NCBI GenBank assembly: GCA_963674595.2
Contig: CAXXFV010000014.1
Coordinates: 107,502 to 171,501 of the forward strand
Length of the DNA: 64,000 nucleotides
Reading direction: 5' to 3'
Origin: a bacterium
GTDB taxonomy: Bacteria; Zhuqueibacterota; Zhuqueibacteria; Residuimicrobiales; Krinioviventaceae
A program made the translations under genes and the position numbers. The notes under the pieces were generated by a model. It was not told the DNA's origin and searched no databases. It was given only the letters and a program-made list of their open reading frames with translations. Below, piece by piece: positions 19,772 to 29,187 of this stretch; the first letter of the stretch is position 1; the number at the start of each line of letters is the position of its first letter.

Positions 19772-21713
19772 CCAGTTCTCTCCTATCTTTCATATCATAC
19801 AGCTTGCGTTCCATCTTTTTGTTGATGCCCAGTTTTTCTCTGGCATTGTCAAGTAAGGTCATTATTTTATCAAAGGCAGCATCTGCTTCTTCACAAACAT
19901 GGAATGATCCGCCAAACAAATCTTTAGCATCTTGGTGTAAAAATTTGTCAACATTTTCCGATCCGGAAACATAAAAGGGATGCCCTAAAATAACGTCCAC
20001 ACCGGAGGCGACAAAATAACAACCAATGGAAATTGCCTTTTCGCTCATCCATTCCGGAGCGACACCCACGGCCGGAATTAAGGAAAGATCATCTCCCAAA
20101 CCGCCTTCAAGAACAATTTCCGTACCCGCTTCCAGAATTCTTGAATTATCAACGCAGCTCCCCATATGCAGGACAGGCGGAATTCCGACGGCTTCACAAA
20201 CTTCACGCAATCCGCTACCAGCCTGTTCCAACGCCGTTTCAGGGGTCAATCTCCCCTGTTTTGCCGAAGCAATAGCAGCACAACCGGTTTTAAGGACCAG
20301 TACATTTTCTTTAATCAGTTTTTGAGTCAGAGTGTTAATGTAATCGTCCAGTTTTTCTTTCGGATTGTTACAACCGACAATTCCAACAACACCCTTTATT
20401 CGGCCCTGAATAATAGCATCATTCAAAGGTCTAAAAGAGGCGCGGTAGCTGCCGCCCAGCATATATTTGATCGCATCAACACTAAATCCGGCAATAAGCG
20501 GTTTTGTTTCGGATGGTATGGCAACCTTTTTGGAATCACGATTTTTATAATTATCAATAGCGCGTTTTATCAGTTCTTTTGCGGATGATAATGCATCATC
20601 TTCGTCAAAAACGTGATGGAACGCACCGGCGGTTTTGGCAATGGCCGATGTTGAAACAATTTGCGTATGATAAGCAGCGGCAACTTCCGGCAGACTGGGC
20701 ATACAACATTGCACATCGATTACCATAACTTCAACAGCACCGGTAATAACAGCAAGCTCCTGCTGTAGAAAATTTCCGGCAACCGGAATACCATGCCGCA
20801 TCAATATTTCATTGGCGGTACAGCATATACCGGCCAGGGTTATACCTTTTGCACCGGCTTTTTTAGCATAATCCACAATATCCGGCGCACAGACAGCAAC
20901 AGCCAGCATTTCGGACAATTCCGGTTCGTGGCCGTGCACCACAATATTAACAGTATCTTCTTTTAAAACACCAAGGTTTGACTGGCTTTTAACCGGGGCC
21001 GGTGTTCCAAAAAGGATATCGGAAGCCATGGTGGCAATTCGTGAACCGCCCCATCCGTCAGCTAAAGAAGTGCGAAAAGCCTGGCGTAATATGCTCTGGT
21101 AGTCGTGATCAACACCCATGTGTGTACGGTGCATGGATTCGACAGCCATTCGGTCGATTCCCTGAGGAGCAACATCCTGATTTTTCCAAATACTTGACTG
21201 TTTTTCCGGCGCCAGGTTAAGAGTTTTTAACAGTTCTTCCTGTGATGTGAATTCCTGCAAAAATATATTGGCCAAATCAAGCGCAATTTCTGAATCACTG
21301 CGGTCGTCGGTTTCTATTTGATAGGCTTTGGCCGCTCTGTACAAGGCTTTTTTATCCTTAATTTCATAGCCGTTACCGTTTCCTTCGGCAACTTTTTTCA
21401 GGCGTAAAACAAGATGACGGCCATGGTCGGAATGGGCAGCGGCGCCGCCGACAACCTGACGTAAAAAATTTCGGGCAACGATTGTATCTGCATTGGCTCC
21501 ACAGATACCGAGGGGCGACCTTGGTGTAATTCGGCAGGGTCCCATGTGACAAATTCGGCAGCAAACACCGGTCGTACCGAATTTGCAGGAATTTCGCTGA
21601 GTTTCAACCCGGGTAAAACAGGTTTCAATACAGTCGGTAGCAGCTTTTAATAACATTTCACTTGAGGCAGCATCGGAAACGCGTTCCTCAATTTTAATTG
21701 GTTCCTTTGGCAT
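19764..21713 (-). CDS. cooS: Anaerobic Ni-Fe carbon-monoxide dehydrogenase catalytic subunit (AcsA/CooS)
   Basis: CKFG..GVCCRICHMGPC, AAHSDHGR, VHGHEP, GICCTANE, DVQC, VGCNN, TGC, GSCVDNSR, SEKA: D, B and C cluster ligands present. Confidence 0.97.
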   Translation of the reverse strand: MPKEPIKIEERVSDAASSEMLLKAATDCIETCFTRVETQRNSCKFGTTGVCCRICHMGPCRITPRSPLGICGANADTIVARNFLRQVVGGAAAHSDHGRHLVLRLKKVAEGNGNGYEIKDKKALYRAAKAYQIETDDRSDSEIALDLANIFLQEFTSQEELLKTLNLAPEKQSSIWKNQDVAPQGIDRMAVESMHRTHMGVDHDYQSILRQAFRTSLADGWGGSRIATMASDILFGTPAPVKSQSNLGVLKEDTVNIVVHGHEPELSEMLAVAVCAPDIVDYAKKAGAKGITLAGICCTANEILMRHGIPVAGNFLQQELAVITGAVEVMVIDVQCCMPSLPEVAAAYHTQIVSTSAIAKTAGAFHHVFDEDDALSSAKELIKRAIDNYKNRDSKKVAIPSETKPLIAGFSVDAIKYMLGGSYRASFRPLNDAIIQGRIKGVVGIVGCNNPKEKLDDYINTLTQKLIKENVLVLKTGCAAIASAKQGRLTPETALEQAGSGLREVCEAVGIPPVLHMGSCVDNSRILEAGTEIVLEGGLGDDLSLIPAVGVAPEWMSEKAISIGCYFVASGVDVILGHPFYVSGSENVDKFLHQDAKDLFGGSFHVCEEADAAFDKIMTLLDNAREKLGINKKMERKLYDMKDRRELDV

Positions 21714-21789
21714 ATAGATTATTCTCCCATTGTTCAGGTGGAAAGCCGCAAGGTATATTTTTATATTCTATTTCTGTTTTCGATTATTT

Positions 21790-22551
21790 TCAAATTCCAA
21801 TATCCGCAATCATTTTTTTCAAAATTACTACAACGTCATTATTGTCAGGTAATGAAATAAAACTTTTTCCGTCTTCAGCATAATCAGCCAATTCAGAATT
21901 TTCCGGCAGGGCAACAATAAAATCAGCATTGGTGATATTTTGTAAATCATTAATAAAACGTGGTTCTCTATCACTCCTCAACCGGTTGATAATAATAGCG
22001 AGCTTGTCGTATTCAACACCCATTTCATGGGTCAAATCAAACAAACGTTTTATCGTATCGACTCCCCTGGCAGACGGATCTGTAACCATCACCATCAAAT
22101 TCACTTTTTGCACAATACGTCTGGATAAATTTTCCAAACCAGCCTCATTGTCCAACACAACATAAGGATAGTTTGATGCAATTTCACCCAGCGCTGCTTT
22201 TAACACATTATTGGCATAACAATAACAACCCGGTCCTTCGGGGCGCCCCATGGTTATCAGATCAAAATCATCAGCCTCAACCAGGCTTTCGGATATTTTC
22301 AATTCCAGCAACTGCTGTTTGGAAATTCCGCTGGCCATTCCTTTACCGGCAATTTGCCGGGCTTCTTCACGGACTCCGCCAATTGTCACATCAGTATGGA
22401 CACCAAGTGCGGCATCCAGACAATTATTGGGATCAGCATCAACAGCAAGGACAGGTCTTTTATTGTTTCGTATCAACTGGGTCACCAATAAAGCAGCACA
22501 GGTTGTTTTTCCCACACCACCTTTACCGGTAACGGCTATAATATAACTCAT
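21790..22551 (-). CDS. cooC: CooC/AcsF Ni-insertion ATPase
   Basis: GKGGVGKTT, VDADPN, MGRPEGPGCYC, DNEAGLE.LSR. Confidence 0.93.
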   Translation of the reverse strand: MSYIIAVTGKGGVGKTTCAALLVTQLIRNNKRPVLAVDADPNNCLDAALGVHTDVTIGGVREEARQIAGKGMASGISKQQLLELKISESLVEADDFDLITMGRPEGPGCYCYANNVLKAALGEIASNYPYVVLDNEAGLENLSRRIVQKVNLMVMVTDPSARGVDTIKRLFDLTHEMGVEYDKLAIIINRLRSDREPRFINDLQNITNADFIVALPENSELADYAEDGKSFISLPDNNDVVVILKKMIADIGI

Positions 22552-22629
22552 TCTTCTCTTTTATTTTAAAATCAAAACATCAAAATTTATATAAAGGACT
22601 ATCTTGCTATCCTTTATAACACATAAAAA

Positions 22630-23403
22630 TTAATTTGTTAATATTTTTTCATAAAGTTCCTGAAAAACAGATTGCATTTCAGCATCGACATACTCTAACG
22701 CAGACAATCCATCCCGGTCAGCTTTACGGATAGATTCAGAATAGGGTATAAAACCAAGGAATTCATGATTCGGCAGTGATTCTATAAGATAGTTTTTATC
22801 TTCCTCGCTGGTTACTTTATTGGCAACAAAGCGGATATTTTTCAGGCCGATTTCCTGCGCCATACGCTGTACACGGAAAGCGCTGTCGATTGAACGTTTT
22901 CCCGGTTCAACCACAACAATCATGGTATCCACTCCGCGGGCTGTTGCCCGTCCCAAATGTTCAACACCAGCCTCCATGTCCAGCACCAGCGCGTCGTCTT
23001 TAAACAAAACAAGGTCGGTGACAAGCGCACGTAACAACACACTTTCAGGACAAGCGCATCCGCTTCCCCCCTGTTCAATAGCGCCGAGTACGAGCAAAGC
23101 AATTCCGTTATGCATGGTGGCATAGTTTTCAGCAATATCCGAAACTTCCGGATTTATCTTAAACATCTGCCCATACTGCTTTACTTTGGCGCCGGTCCGC
23201 TCTTCTATTAAGGCAATCTGCTCAGAGATAGGAATAATTTCTTTTTGTTTCTCTTCGGGAATTCCAAGAGCGGCGGCAAGGTTCGCATCCGGGTCTGCAT
23301 CAACAGCTAACACCCGTTTACCTTGTTTGGCCATCATAAGCGTTAAAGCGGCGGCAAGAGTAGACTTGCCGACACCGCCTTTACCGGAAATAGCAATTTT
23401 CAT
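22630..23403 (-). CDS. cooC: CooC Ni-insertion ATPase (second paralog)
   Basis: MKIAISGKGGVGKS, DADPDANL, GGSGCACPE, DMEAGVEHLGR.TA. Confidence 0.94.
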   Translation of the reverse strand: MKIAISGKGGVGKSTLAAALTLMMAKQGKRVLAVDADPDANLAAALGIPEEKQKEIIPISEQIALIEERTGAKVKQYGQMFKINPEVSDIAENYATMHNGIALLVLGAIEQGGSGCACPESVLLRALVTDLVLFKDDALVLDMEAGVEHLGRATARGVDTMIVVVEPGKRSIDSAFRVQRMAQEIGLKNIRFVANKVTSEEDKNYLIESLPNHEFLGFIPYSESIRKADRDGLSALEYVDAEMQSVFQELYEKILTN

Positions 23404-23415
23404 AATATCTTTCGT

Positions 23416-24504
23416 TTAAAAACCGTATTTTTGTTTCATGGCAGCAGACAATTGCTGCGTCATCTCAAATACCTTTTCAGCATCATCCGGTTCCATTGAT
23501 CCGGTACCGCAGGATGGTGTTACAAGGGCCTGCTCAATAATAAGCTGTTTATCAATACCCTTGGAAGCCAGGTGATCTATCATTTTTTCAAAATGATTGA
23601 CCATACTATCCAAAGTTTGTTCGCGGATGGCTGTAGAAGTCGGCACAACACCCCAGGCCAGGGCTCCGCCCCGTTCCAGGTGGGCTTTAACGGAATCTGC
23701 GTACATGGCAATGGTTTCGCCGTATTCAAAGGCATCAAAATTAACAATATCAACACCGGCATCGATCAGGATGCTCCATTCCGTATTACCGCAACAGTGA
23801 ATAGCAGCCAACGCATTATCAGCGTGAACAGCTTCAATAACCTCAGCTAAATGGGCGACAACATCTTCCCGTTTTACGGAAACATAGGTAGAGCTGCCGA
23901 AAGCAGAAAGTATCGGTTCGTCTATGAAACAGATAATTTTTTCAGCAAAAGGTTGGAATTTCTGGATCTGCCAGCGGCATTTCATAGCCAGTGCTTTAAT
24001 CACAACATCACGAAACTCTTCATTATAATAGATAGCCCGTTTATTTTCGTCAACAATCGTCAAAGCAAAACTACAGGGGCCGGTTGTTTGTACTTTAACA
24101 AATGGTAATTTTGTTCCCATTGATTGCAGTTTTTGCTCCAAAGCATAAACACCTTTGGAAAATTCATTACTGATCTGCATGGCAGAACAATCACCTGTCC
24201 CGTCATCAGGGTCCATGGCAAGCATATAAGCTTCGTAAAACTCGGCAAAAGCTTCGGAATAATCGCCGGAGGTATCGAAAAACATACGACCTTTTTCACG
24301 GTCAATCTGAGCACAGGGCAATCCTTCGGAATATTGAATTTCCATTTGTTCATTCAAACCCAATTTGGGAAGCTGCGGCCAAAAAGGAGCCTGTGTTAAC
24401 TTGGAAACCGAAACATCGACGGCATGGTTAATATCTGTAAACGGCATACTGCCGATTCCGGTTGCTAAAAATTTTGGTTTAAAGGACATAACAGAATTCT
24501 CCAC
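23416..24504 (-). CDS. Core (single-barrel, folate-independent) methionine synthase, MesB/core-MetE type
   Basis: ATGIGSMP, PFWPQLP, K.Q.TGP, FIDEP.L..FGS; Zn ligands HCC, NFD, TPSCG; WGVVPT; lacks the N-terminal folate-binding barrel of MetE. Confidence 0.82.
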   Translation of the reverse strand: MENSVMSFKPKFLATGIGSMPFTDINHAVDVSVSKLTQAPFWPQLPKLGLNEQMEIQYSEGLPCAQIDREKGRMFFDTSGDYSEAFAEFYEAYMLAMDPDDGTGDCSAMQISNEFSKGVYALEQKLQSMGTKLPFVKVQTTGPCSFALTIVDENKRAIYYNEEFRDVVIKALAMKCRWQIQKFQPFAEKIICFIDEPILSAFGSSTYVSVKREDVVAHLAEVIEAVHADNALAAIHCCGNTEWSILIDAGVDIVNFDAFEYGETIAMYADSVKAHLERGGALAWGVVPTSTAIREQTLDSMVNHFEKMIDHLASKGIDKQLIIEQALVTPSCGTGSMEPDDAEKVFEMTQQLSAAMKQKYGF

Positions 24505-24524
24505 ATTATTTTTGTATAAAAATA

Positions 24525-25415
24525 TTAAACATTATTAACGGCATCTTTAATTGCTCTGATATGAGCAGGTGTTGTTCCACAGCAGCCGCCAATAATTTTG
24601 GCACCGGCTTTAATAATTGCAGGTGTTAAAGCTGCCATTTGTTCAGGGCTGTCAGGGAAAACATCTTTTCCGCCTATATTTTGCGGTAAACCGGCATTTG
24701 CGTGAACAAGAATGGGAATGTCACCGATAACTGTTTTCATTTCAGTAACAATATCAATCATTCGTTCCAATCCGTTTCCACAGTTTGTACCAATAATATG
24801 TGCGCCGGCTTCAATGGCGGCTTTAGCCGCATCTATTGGTGCAACACCCATCATTGACCGATATTCACCGGATACTGTTTTTTCAAGCGTAAACGTGCAA
24901 ATAACTTCACAGTTTGTATTTTCACGCGCCGCACGGATGGCTAAACAGGCTTCATCAATGGCACTCATCGTTTCCACACAAATAGCATCTGCGCCGCCTT
25001 CTTCCAGGGCTATAACCTGCTCCTTAAAAGCGTTATACAAATCGTCTTCCGTTACATCACCCATAACCAGCATTTTACCGGTAGGGCCGACAGATGCAAT
25101 AACCCAGTTTACCTCACCAGCCGCTTTTCTGGAAATTTCAGCAGCAGCACGATTCAGTTCACTAACCCGGTCTGCTAATCCATAGTGTTCAAGTTTATAA
25201 CTTGTGCCGCCAAAACTGTTTGTTTCAATCATGTCACTACCGGCTGCTATATAACTTTTGGCAATATCCAATACATCATCCGGTCTGTCAATACACCATA
25301 ACTCGGGGCAATCACCCGGCTGCAAACCTTTGGCTTGAAGAAATGTACCCCATGCACCATCAGATATAAGAATTCTCCCCTCATTAATTGCGTCTACAAT
25401 TCGACCTCTGGTCAT
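24525..25415 (-). CDS. Stand-alone homocysteine S-methyltransferase domain (MetH N-terminal/BHMT family)
   Basis: DGAWGT.LQ..GL, ETNSFG, SVGPTG, ETMS, G.NCG, NAGLP, GGCCGTTP.HI. Start placed after the GGAGG RBS. No pterin or cobalamin domain. Confidence 0.92.
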   Translation of the reverse strand: MTRGRIVDAINEGRILISDGAWGTFLQAKGLQPGDCPELWCIDRPDDVLDIAKSYIAAGSDMIETNSFGGTSYKLEHYGLADRVSELNRAAAEISRKAAGEVNWVIASVGPTGKMLVMGDVTEDDLYNAFKEQVIALEEGGADAICVETMSAIDEACLAIRAARENTNCEVICTFTLEKTVSGEYRSMMGVAPIDAAKAAIEAGAHIIGTNCGNGLERMIDIVTEMKTVIGDIPILVHANAGLPQNIGGKDVFPDSPEQMAALTPAIIKAGAKIIGGCCGTTPAHIRAIKDAVNNV

Positions 25416-25443
25416 TTTAATCTCCTCCAATTTAGAATTCATG

Positions 25444-26493
25444 TTATGTATTTCGTATAACAAGTTCCGGCTGCAAAACATGCTGATTAAGAGTTATATC
25501 ATCTCCTTTTAAATGTCGATGAATAATTTCTGATGACAATGCAGCCATTTCACTGTAATGCGGATCAATTGATGTAATAGCAGGGGTAAAAAAACGGGCC
25601 ACATCCGTATTCCCATAACTAACGAGTGAAATCTGGTCCTGCATTTTAAAACCCCATTCACCGAGTCTTCCTACGAGACGAACGGCGTCTATGTCATCAC
25701 AACAAAAAATACCTGATATCTGTTTTTCCTGAATAAACTCTTTGGTAACCAAACTTATATCTTTAATAAAATGACATTCGCGATTGTTGCCGTCCCGTTG
25801 AATAAAATTTTTAAAAGTCTCCTGCATAACTTCCTGAATCATATTTCTGCCAAGCCAGATATTATTTTTAATATAGGCAAGAGCCTTATTTGTTCCTTCC
25901 AATAAATATTGTACGGCACGACGGACACCCAAATCATAACTTTGAATCACATAGGGGAAATAAGAACCCACCATTGTATGATTTAAAAGAGTTACCAATG
26001 TTTTACCGGTTTGCAGCCGTTTATAAAATAATGCGGTTTTGGATTCGTCAAAGGTGGGTACCATAATAACCGCTTCATATCGCGAATTAATCAAGGTACC
26101 CACCAGACGAATTTCCTCCTCGTAATTGTTATAGTCTATAAATATTTCAACCTGACGACCAAGGGAATCGGCTTTTTGCCGTAAATAATGAATTAACTGT
26201 TCAGTCTGTGAAGAGAAAAATGGGACGATAACACCCCATATCTTTTTACAGGGGCCAAGATCAGCAATAAATGATCCCATACCGGGTTTTTGAACAATAA
26301 AACCTTCATCAGATAAAATTTTCAATACGGTTTTTGCCGTTTCTCGGGAAACTTTATGTTTGCTTTGAATTTCGTTAATGGAATCAATACGTGTTCCGGG
26401 AGGGATTTTCTGTGTCAGGATGGTGTTTTTATACTGCTCTACCAATTTCTGGTAGATAGGGACAAATTGAGATTTTTCGTTATCCCTTTTCAT
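25444..26493 (-). CDS. GntR wHTH + LacI-type sugar-binding domain regulator (AraR-like architecture)
   Basis: PIYQKL..., PG.RIDS..E....VSRET....L..L..EG......G.GSF; C-terminal GIFCCDD..A, ISLVSYGN, P.ITSID, L.PELVIRNT. Confidence 0.88.
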   Translation of the reverse strand: MKRDNEKSQFVPIYQKLVEQYKNTILTQKIPPGTRIDSINEIQSKHKVSRETAKTVLKILSDEGFIVQKPGMGSFIADLGPCKKIWGVIVPFFSSQTEQLIHYLRQKADSLGRQVEIFIDYNNYEEEIRLVGTLINSRYEAVIMVPTFDESKTALFYKRLQTGKTLVTLLNHTMVGSYFPYVIQSYDLGVRRAVQYLLEGTNKALAYIKNNIWLGRNMIQEVMQETFKNFIQRDGNNRECHFIKDISLVTKEFIQEKQISGIFCCDDIDAVRLVGRLGEWGFKMQDQISLVSYGNTDVARFFTPAITSIDPHYSEMAALSSEIIHRHLKGDDITLNQHVLQPELVIRNT

Positions 26494-26501
26494 AGTTGAA
26501 T

Positions 26502-26530
26502 ATAATAATAAATGAAAAACAAAAAAGCAA
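26502..26530 (-). promoter_or_regulatory. Putative sigma70 promoter TTGCTT-17-TATTAT for the regulator/acs operon
   Basis: The -10 ends 9 nt before the ATG at 26493 and there is no SD, suggesting a near-leaderless mRNA. Three ATCAC direct repeats lie just upstream of the -35. Confidence 0.4.
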
Positions 26531-26701
26531 GAAATAATCACATCACATCACATTAAATACAACCTTTCTATATGTTTGACTAATCACCCCGATAATAATA
26601 ATACCTACCTTTTTTAACATATTGAACTCGACAGCTTGCTTAATAAAAGTCAATTCCATAAATTTGGCTATAAAAAAATGTTATTTTAATACGGAATTGC
26701 C

Positions 26702-27676
26702 ATGGAATATATTAACTATTTTATCCTGATCCCGCTTGTAATATTAACAGCCATTCTAATTATTCAAAACCACAGGCTGACAAAATACATCAAACAACCA
26801 AAAGATACAAACTGGGATGTGTTATTAAACAGCCAGCAAAACCTGGAACAAAATATTCAAAACATCTCCCTTAACCTGCAAAATCAAATGCAACATACAC
26901 AGCAGACGATTAATACAAGACTCGACAAGTCAACTGATTTGATGAGGCTTTTAAACCAGGACCTCGGCCATATTCATGAAATTGGCGAACAAATTCGTGA
27001 CTTTCACAATATATTACATGCTCCCAAATTAAGAGGCATCATGGGAGAAAAAATATTACAGGATATGCTTTATCAAGTTCTTCCAAGAGAACAATTAAAG
27101 TTTCAGTACCGGTTTTCTAACGGCCAAAGAGTAGATGTGCTGATATTAACAGATAAAGGCGGTATTCCCGTTGATGCCAAATTCCCCATTGAAAATTTTA
27201 AAAAAGCAGAAAGTGCCGACTCGAAAGAGCATGAGTTAATTTTTCAAAAAAGATTTATTCGTGATGTTAAAACGCATATCGAAACAGTCAGCAGAAAATA
27301 CATCCTGCCGGAAGAAAACACAACAGACTTTGCCGTTATATACATCCCTGCCGAAGCAATATACCTTCATGTTCAAAAATATCAGTCAGTTTTTAAATTT
27401 GCACAAGCCAAAAATGTATTTATTACATCGCCAAATACATTTTATTTTTTCCTTCAGACTTTGTTGTTCGGCATGGAGAGCCTGAAAGTAGAAAAAAATT
27501 CTCAAAAAATTATTCAAACTTTAAAAACACTGACCCACGATTTTCAGTTCCTGGTAAAAGATTTAAATACATTTTTAAATCATCTTACCAATACAAAAAA
27601 CGCGGCAGACCGCTTTCAAACATCGTTTTATGATTTTCATAAAAAATTGGGGAATATTAATAAGGAAGGATTTTAA
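26702..27676 (+). CDS. rmuC: DNA recombination protein RmuC
   Basis: N-terminal TM and coiled coil; PKLRG..GE..L, VD........PVDAKFP.E, KYILP.E.T.DFA..YIPAE, SPNT. Confidence 0.9.
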   Translation: MEYINYFILIPLVILTAILIIQNHRLTKYIKQPKDTNWDVLLNSQQNLEQNIQNISLNLQNQMQHTQQTINTRLDKSTDLMRLLNQDLGHIHEIGEQIRDFHNILHAPKLRGIMGEKILQDMLYQVLPREQLKFQYRFSNGQRVDVLILTDKGGIPVDAKFPIENFKKAESADSKEHELIFQKRFIRDVKTHIETVSRKYILPEENTTDFAVIYIPAEAIYLHVQKYQSVFKFAQAKNVFITSPNTFYFFLQTLLFGMESLKVEKNSQKIIQTLKTLTHDFQFLVKDLNTFLNHLTNTKNAADRFQTSFYDFHKKLGNINKEGF

Positions 27677-27683
27677 ATCAAAT

Positions 27684-28097
27684 TTACCGAAACATGGCTT
27701 TTATACTGCCCCATGTATGGCGGGTGCTGGATATCTGGGGAGAAACCGTCAAAATATTATCATAAGGAATTGCCTGGTCTGTTGTTGTAATAATATCCAG
27801 TTTATAATAATAAGACCGGCCATTGGACTTGAAAACCGTATCATCAATAAACTTGTAGGTTTTTTCAAAAGATTGAGCAGCATCAACCTCGATAAATTTT
27901 ACTTCGGTATAATTTATATTATCGAAACTTCGGTATAATTTATAACCTTTAACATCAGACTCGGCACTGACATACCATTTTAATTCAACCTTATCGACAC
28001 CGGTTTCAGCATTAAATCGGGTAATAACAGCTCCGGCATGCGACTGTGAATAAATAAAAATAATTGCAAAAATTGTAATAATTGATTTAATTTTCAT
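27684..28097 (-). CDS. Small secreted FnIII-like protein ending in TWGSIKAMFR
   Basis: Signal peptide (..SHA); F.A......V.L.W...E....GY.LYRS...Y.FID......YYY.L fold pattern. Confidence 0.75.
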   Translation of the reverse strand: MKIKSIITIFAIIFIYSQSHAGAVITRFNAETGVDKVELKWYVSAESDVKGYKLYRSFDNINYTEVKFIEVDAAQSFEKTYKFIDDTVFKSNGRSYYYKLDIITTTDQAIPYDNILTVSPQISSTRHTWGSIKAMFR

Positions 28098-28284
28098 AAG
28101 TTTCCTATTTAACCATTGTACTAAATTTACTAATTATATTAAAAAAGTCAAGTATTTTTATAAGTTAAGATGTTAAAAAATTTCAAAATTCCTTGTTGAC
28201 ATTTGCATTTTTTTTTCTAAATTTTAGAAAAACAATTTGTAGTTTGCCAAGACAATTTGTCTTGAATATCACGGAGAGTAAATC

Positions 28285-29145
28285 TTGGCAAGGAAAGGGT
28301 CATACCCGGCAGGCACTAACAACGAAGATTCTCTTGATCGTTACTTGCGGGAAATTAGCGAAGTTGAGCTTTTAAAACCCGAAGAAGAGATAGAGTATGC
28401 AAAGAGAATCAGACTCGGTGACCAGGAAGCACTGGAAAAACTCACCAAAGCCAATCTTCGCTTTGTTGTAAGTGTGGCCAAGCAATATCAAAACCAAGGA
28501 CTTTCGCTTGGCGACCTGATAAATGCCGGAAATTTGGGCCTCATTAAAGCAGCAACACGGTTTGATGAAACAAGAGGATTTAAATTTATTTCCTATGCCG
28601 TGTGGTGGATTAGACAGTCTATTCTTCAAGCTTTGGCTGAACAGTCGAGAATTGTAAGGCTGCCCCTAAACAGAATAGGTGCGCTTAATAAAATTGAAAA
28701 AATTTTTACAGCGCTAGAACAAAAGTACGAGAGAGAACCTTCAGCGAGCGAAATCGCTAAAGTCCTAAAAGTATCAACGGCCGAAGTTAACGATGCTTTG
28801 AACACTCCTGCTACACATCTTTCATTAGATGCACCTTTCAGTCAAGAAGAAGAAAACAGTCTGTTAGACATTATAGAAAACAGTGAACAACCACCACCGG
28901 ACGACAATCTGCTTGATGAATCTCTACACATAGAGATAGAAAGAGCCTTATCGACCCTGGATAACAGAGAGGCAGAAGTTGTAAGACTTTATTTTGGTCT
29001 TGGAATAGAGCATTCTTATACTCTTGAAGAAATTGGTGAAAAGTTTAATTTAACGCGTGAAAGAGTTCGCCAAATTAAAGAAAAAGCACTAAGGCGATTG
29101 CAGCACAATTATAGAAGTAAAATTCTGAGAAAATACCTCGGATAA
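28285..29145 (+). CDS. RpoD/SigA-family sigma factor lacking region 1.1
   Basis: [67 protein letters not shown] start after a GGAG RBS. Confidence 0.93.
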   Translation: MARKGSYPAGTNNEDSLDRYLREISEVELLKPEEEIEYAKRIRLGDQEALEKLTKANLRFVVSVAKQYQNQGLSLGDLINAGNLGLIKAATRFDETRGFKFISYAVWWIRQSILQALAEQSRIVRLPLNRIGALNKIEKIFTALEQKYEREPSASEIAKVLKVSTAEVNDALNTPATHLSLDAPFSQEEENSLLDIIENSEQPPPDDNLLDESLHIEIERALSTLDNREAEVVRLYFGLGIEHSYTLEEIGEKFNLTRERVRQIKEKALRRLQHNYRSKILRKYLG

Positions 29146-29187
29146 TTACTTGAACCAGAAACAATTAGACTCTTGACCATTTTTTTC

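Noticed and set aside
22590-22618. Inverted repeat TATAAAGGA..TCCTTTATA between the cooC genes as a terminator splitting the operon
   Set aside because: AT-rich weak stem with no clear adjacent U-tract; cannot be assigned a function.
21790-23403. Two cooC paralogs as a novelty
   Set aside because: Paired CooC/AcsF ATPases for CODH and ACS maturation are standard in acs clusters.
16284-25185. Many + strand ORFs of 60-160 aa opposite the acs genes
   Set aside because: Antisense shadows of well-conserved coding genes, with no recognisable motifs.
12032-26493. Evidence of autotrophic CO2 fixation
   Set aside because: No methyl-branch, formate dehydrogenase or hydrogenase genes in the window; direction and role cannot be determined from the carbonyl branch alone.
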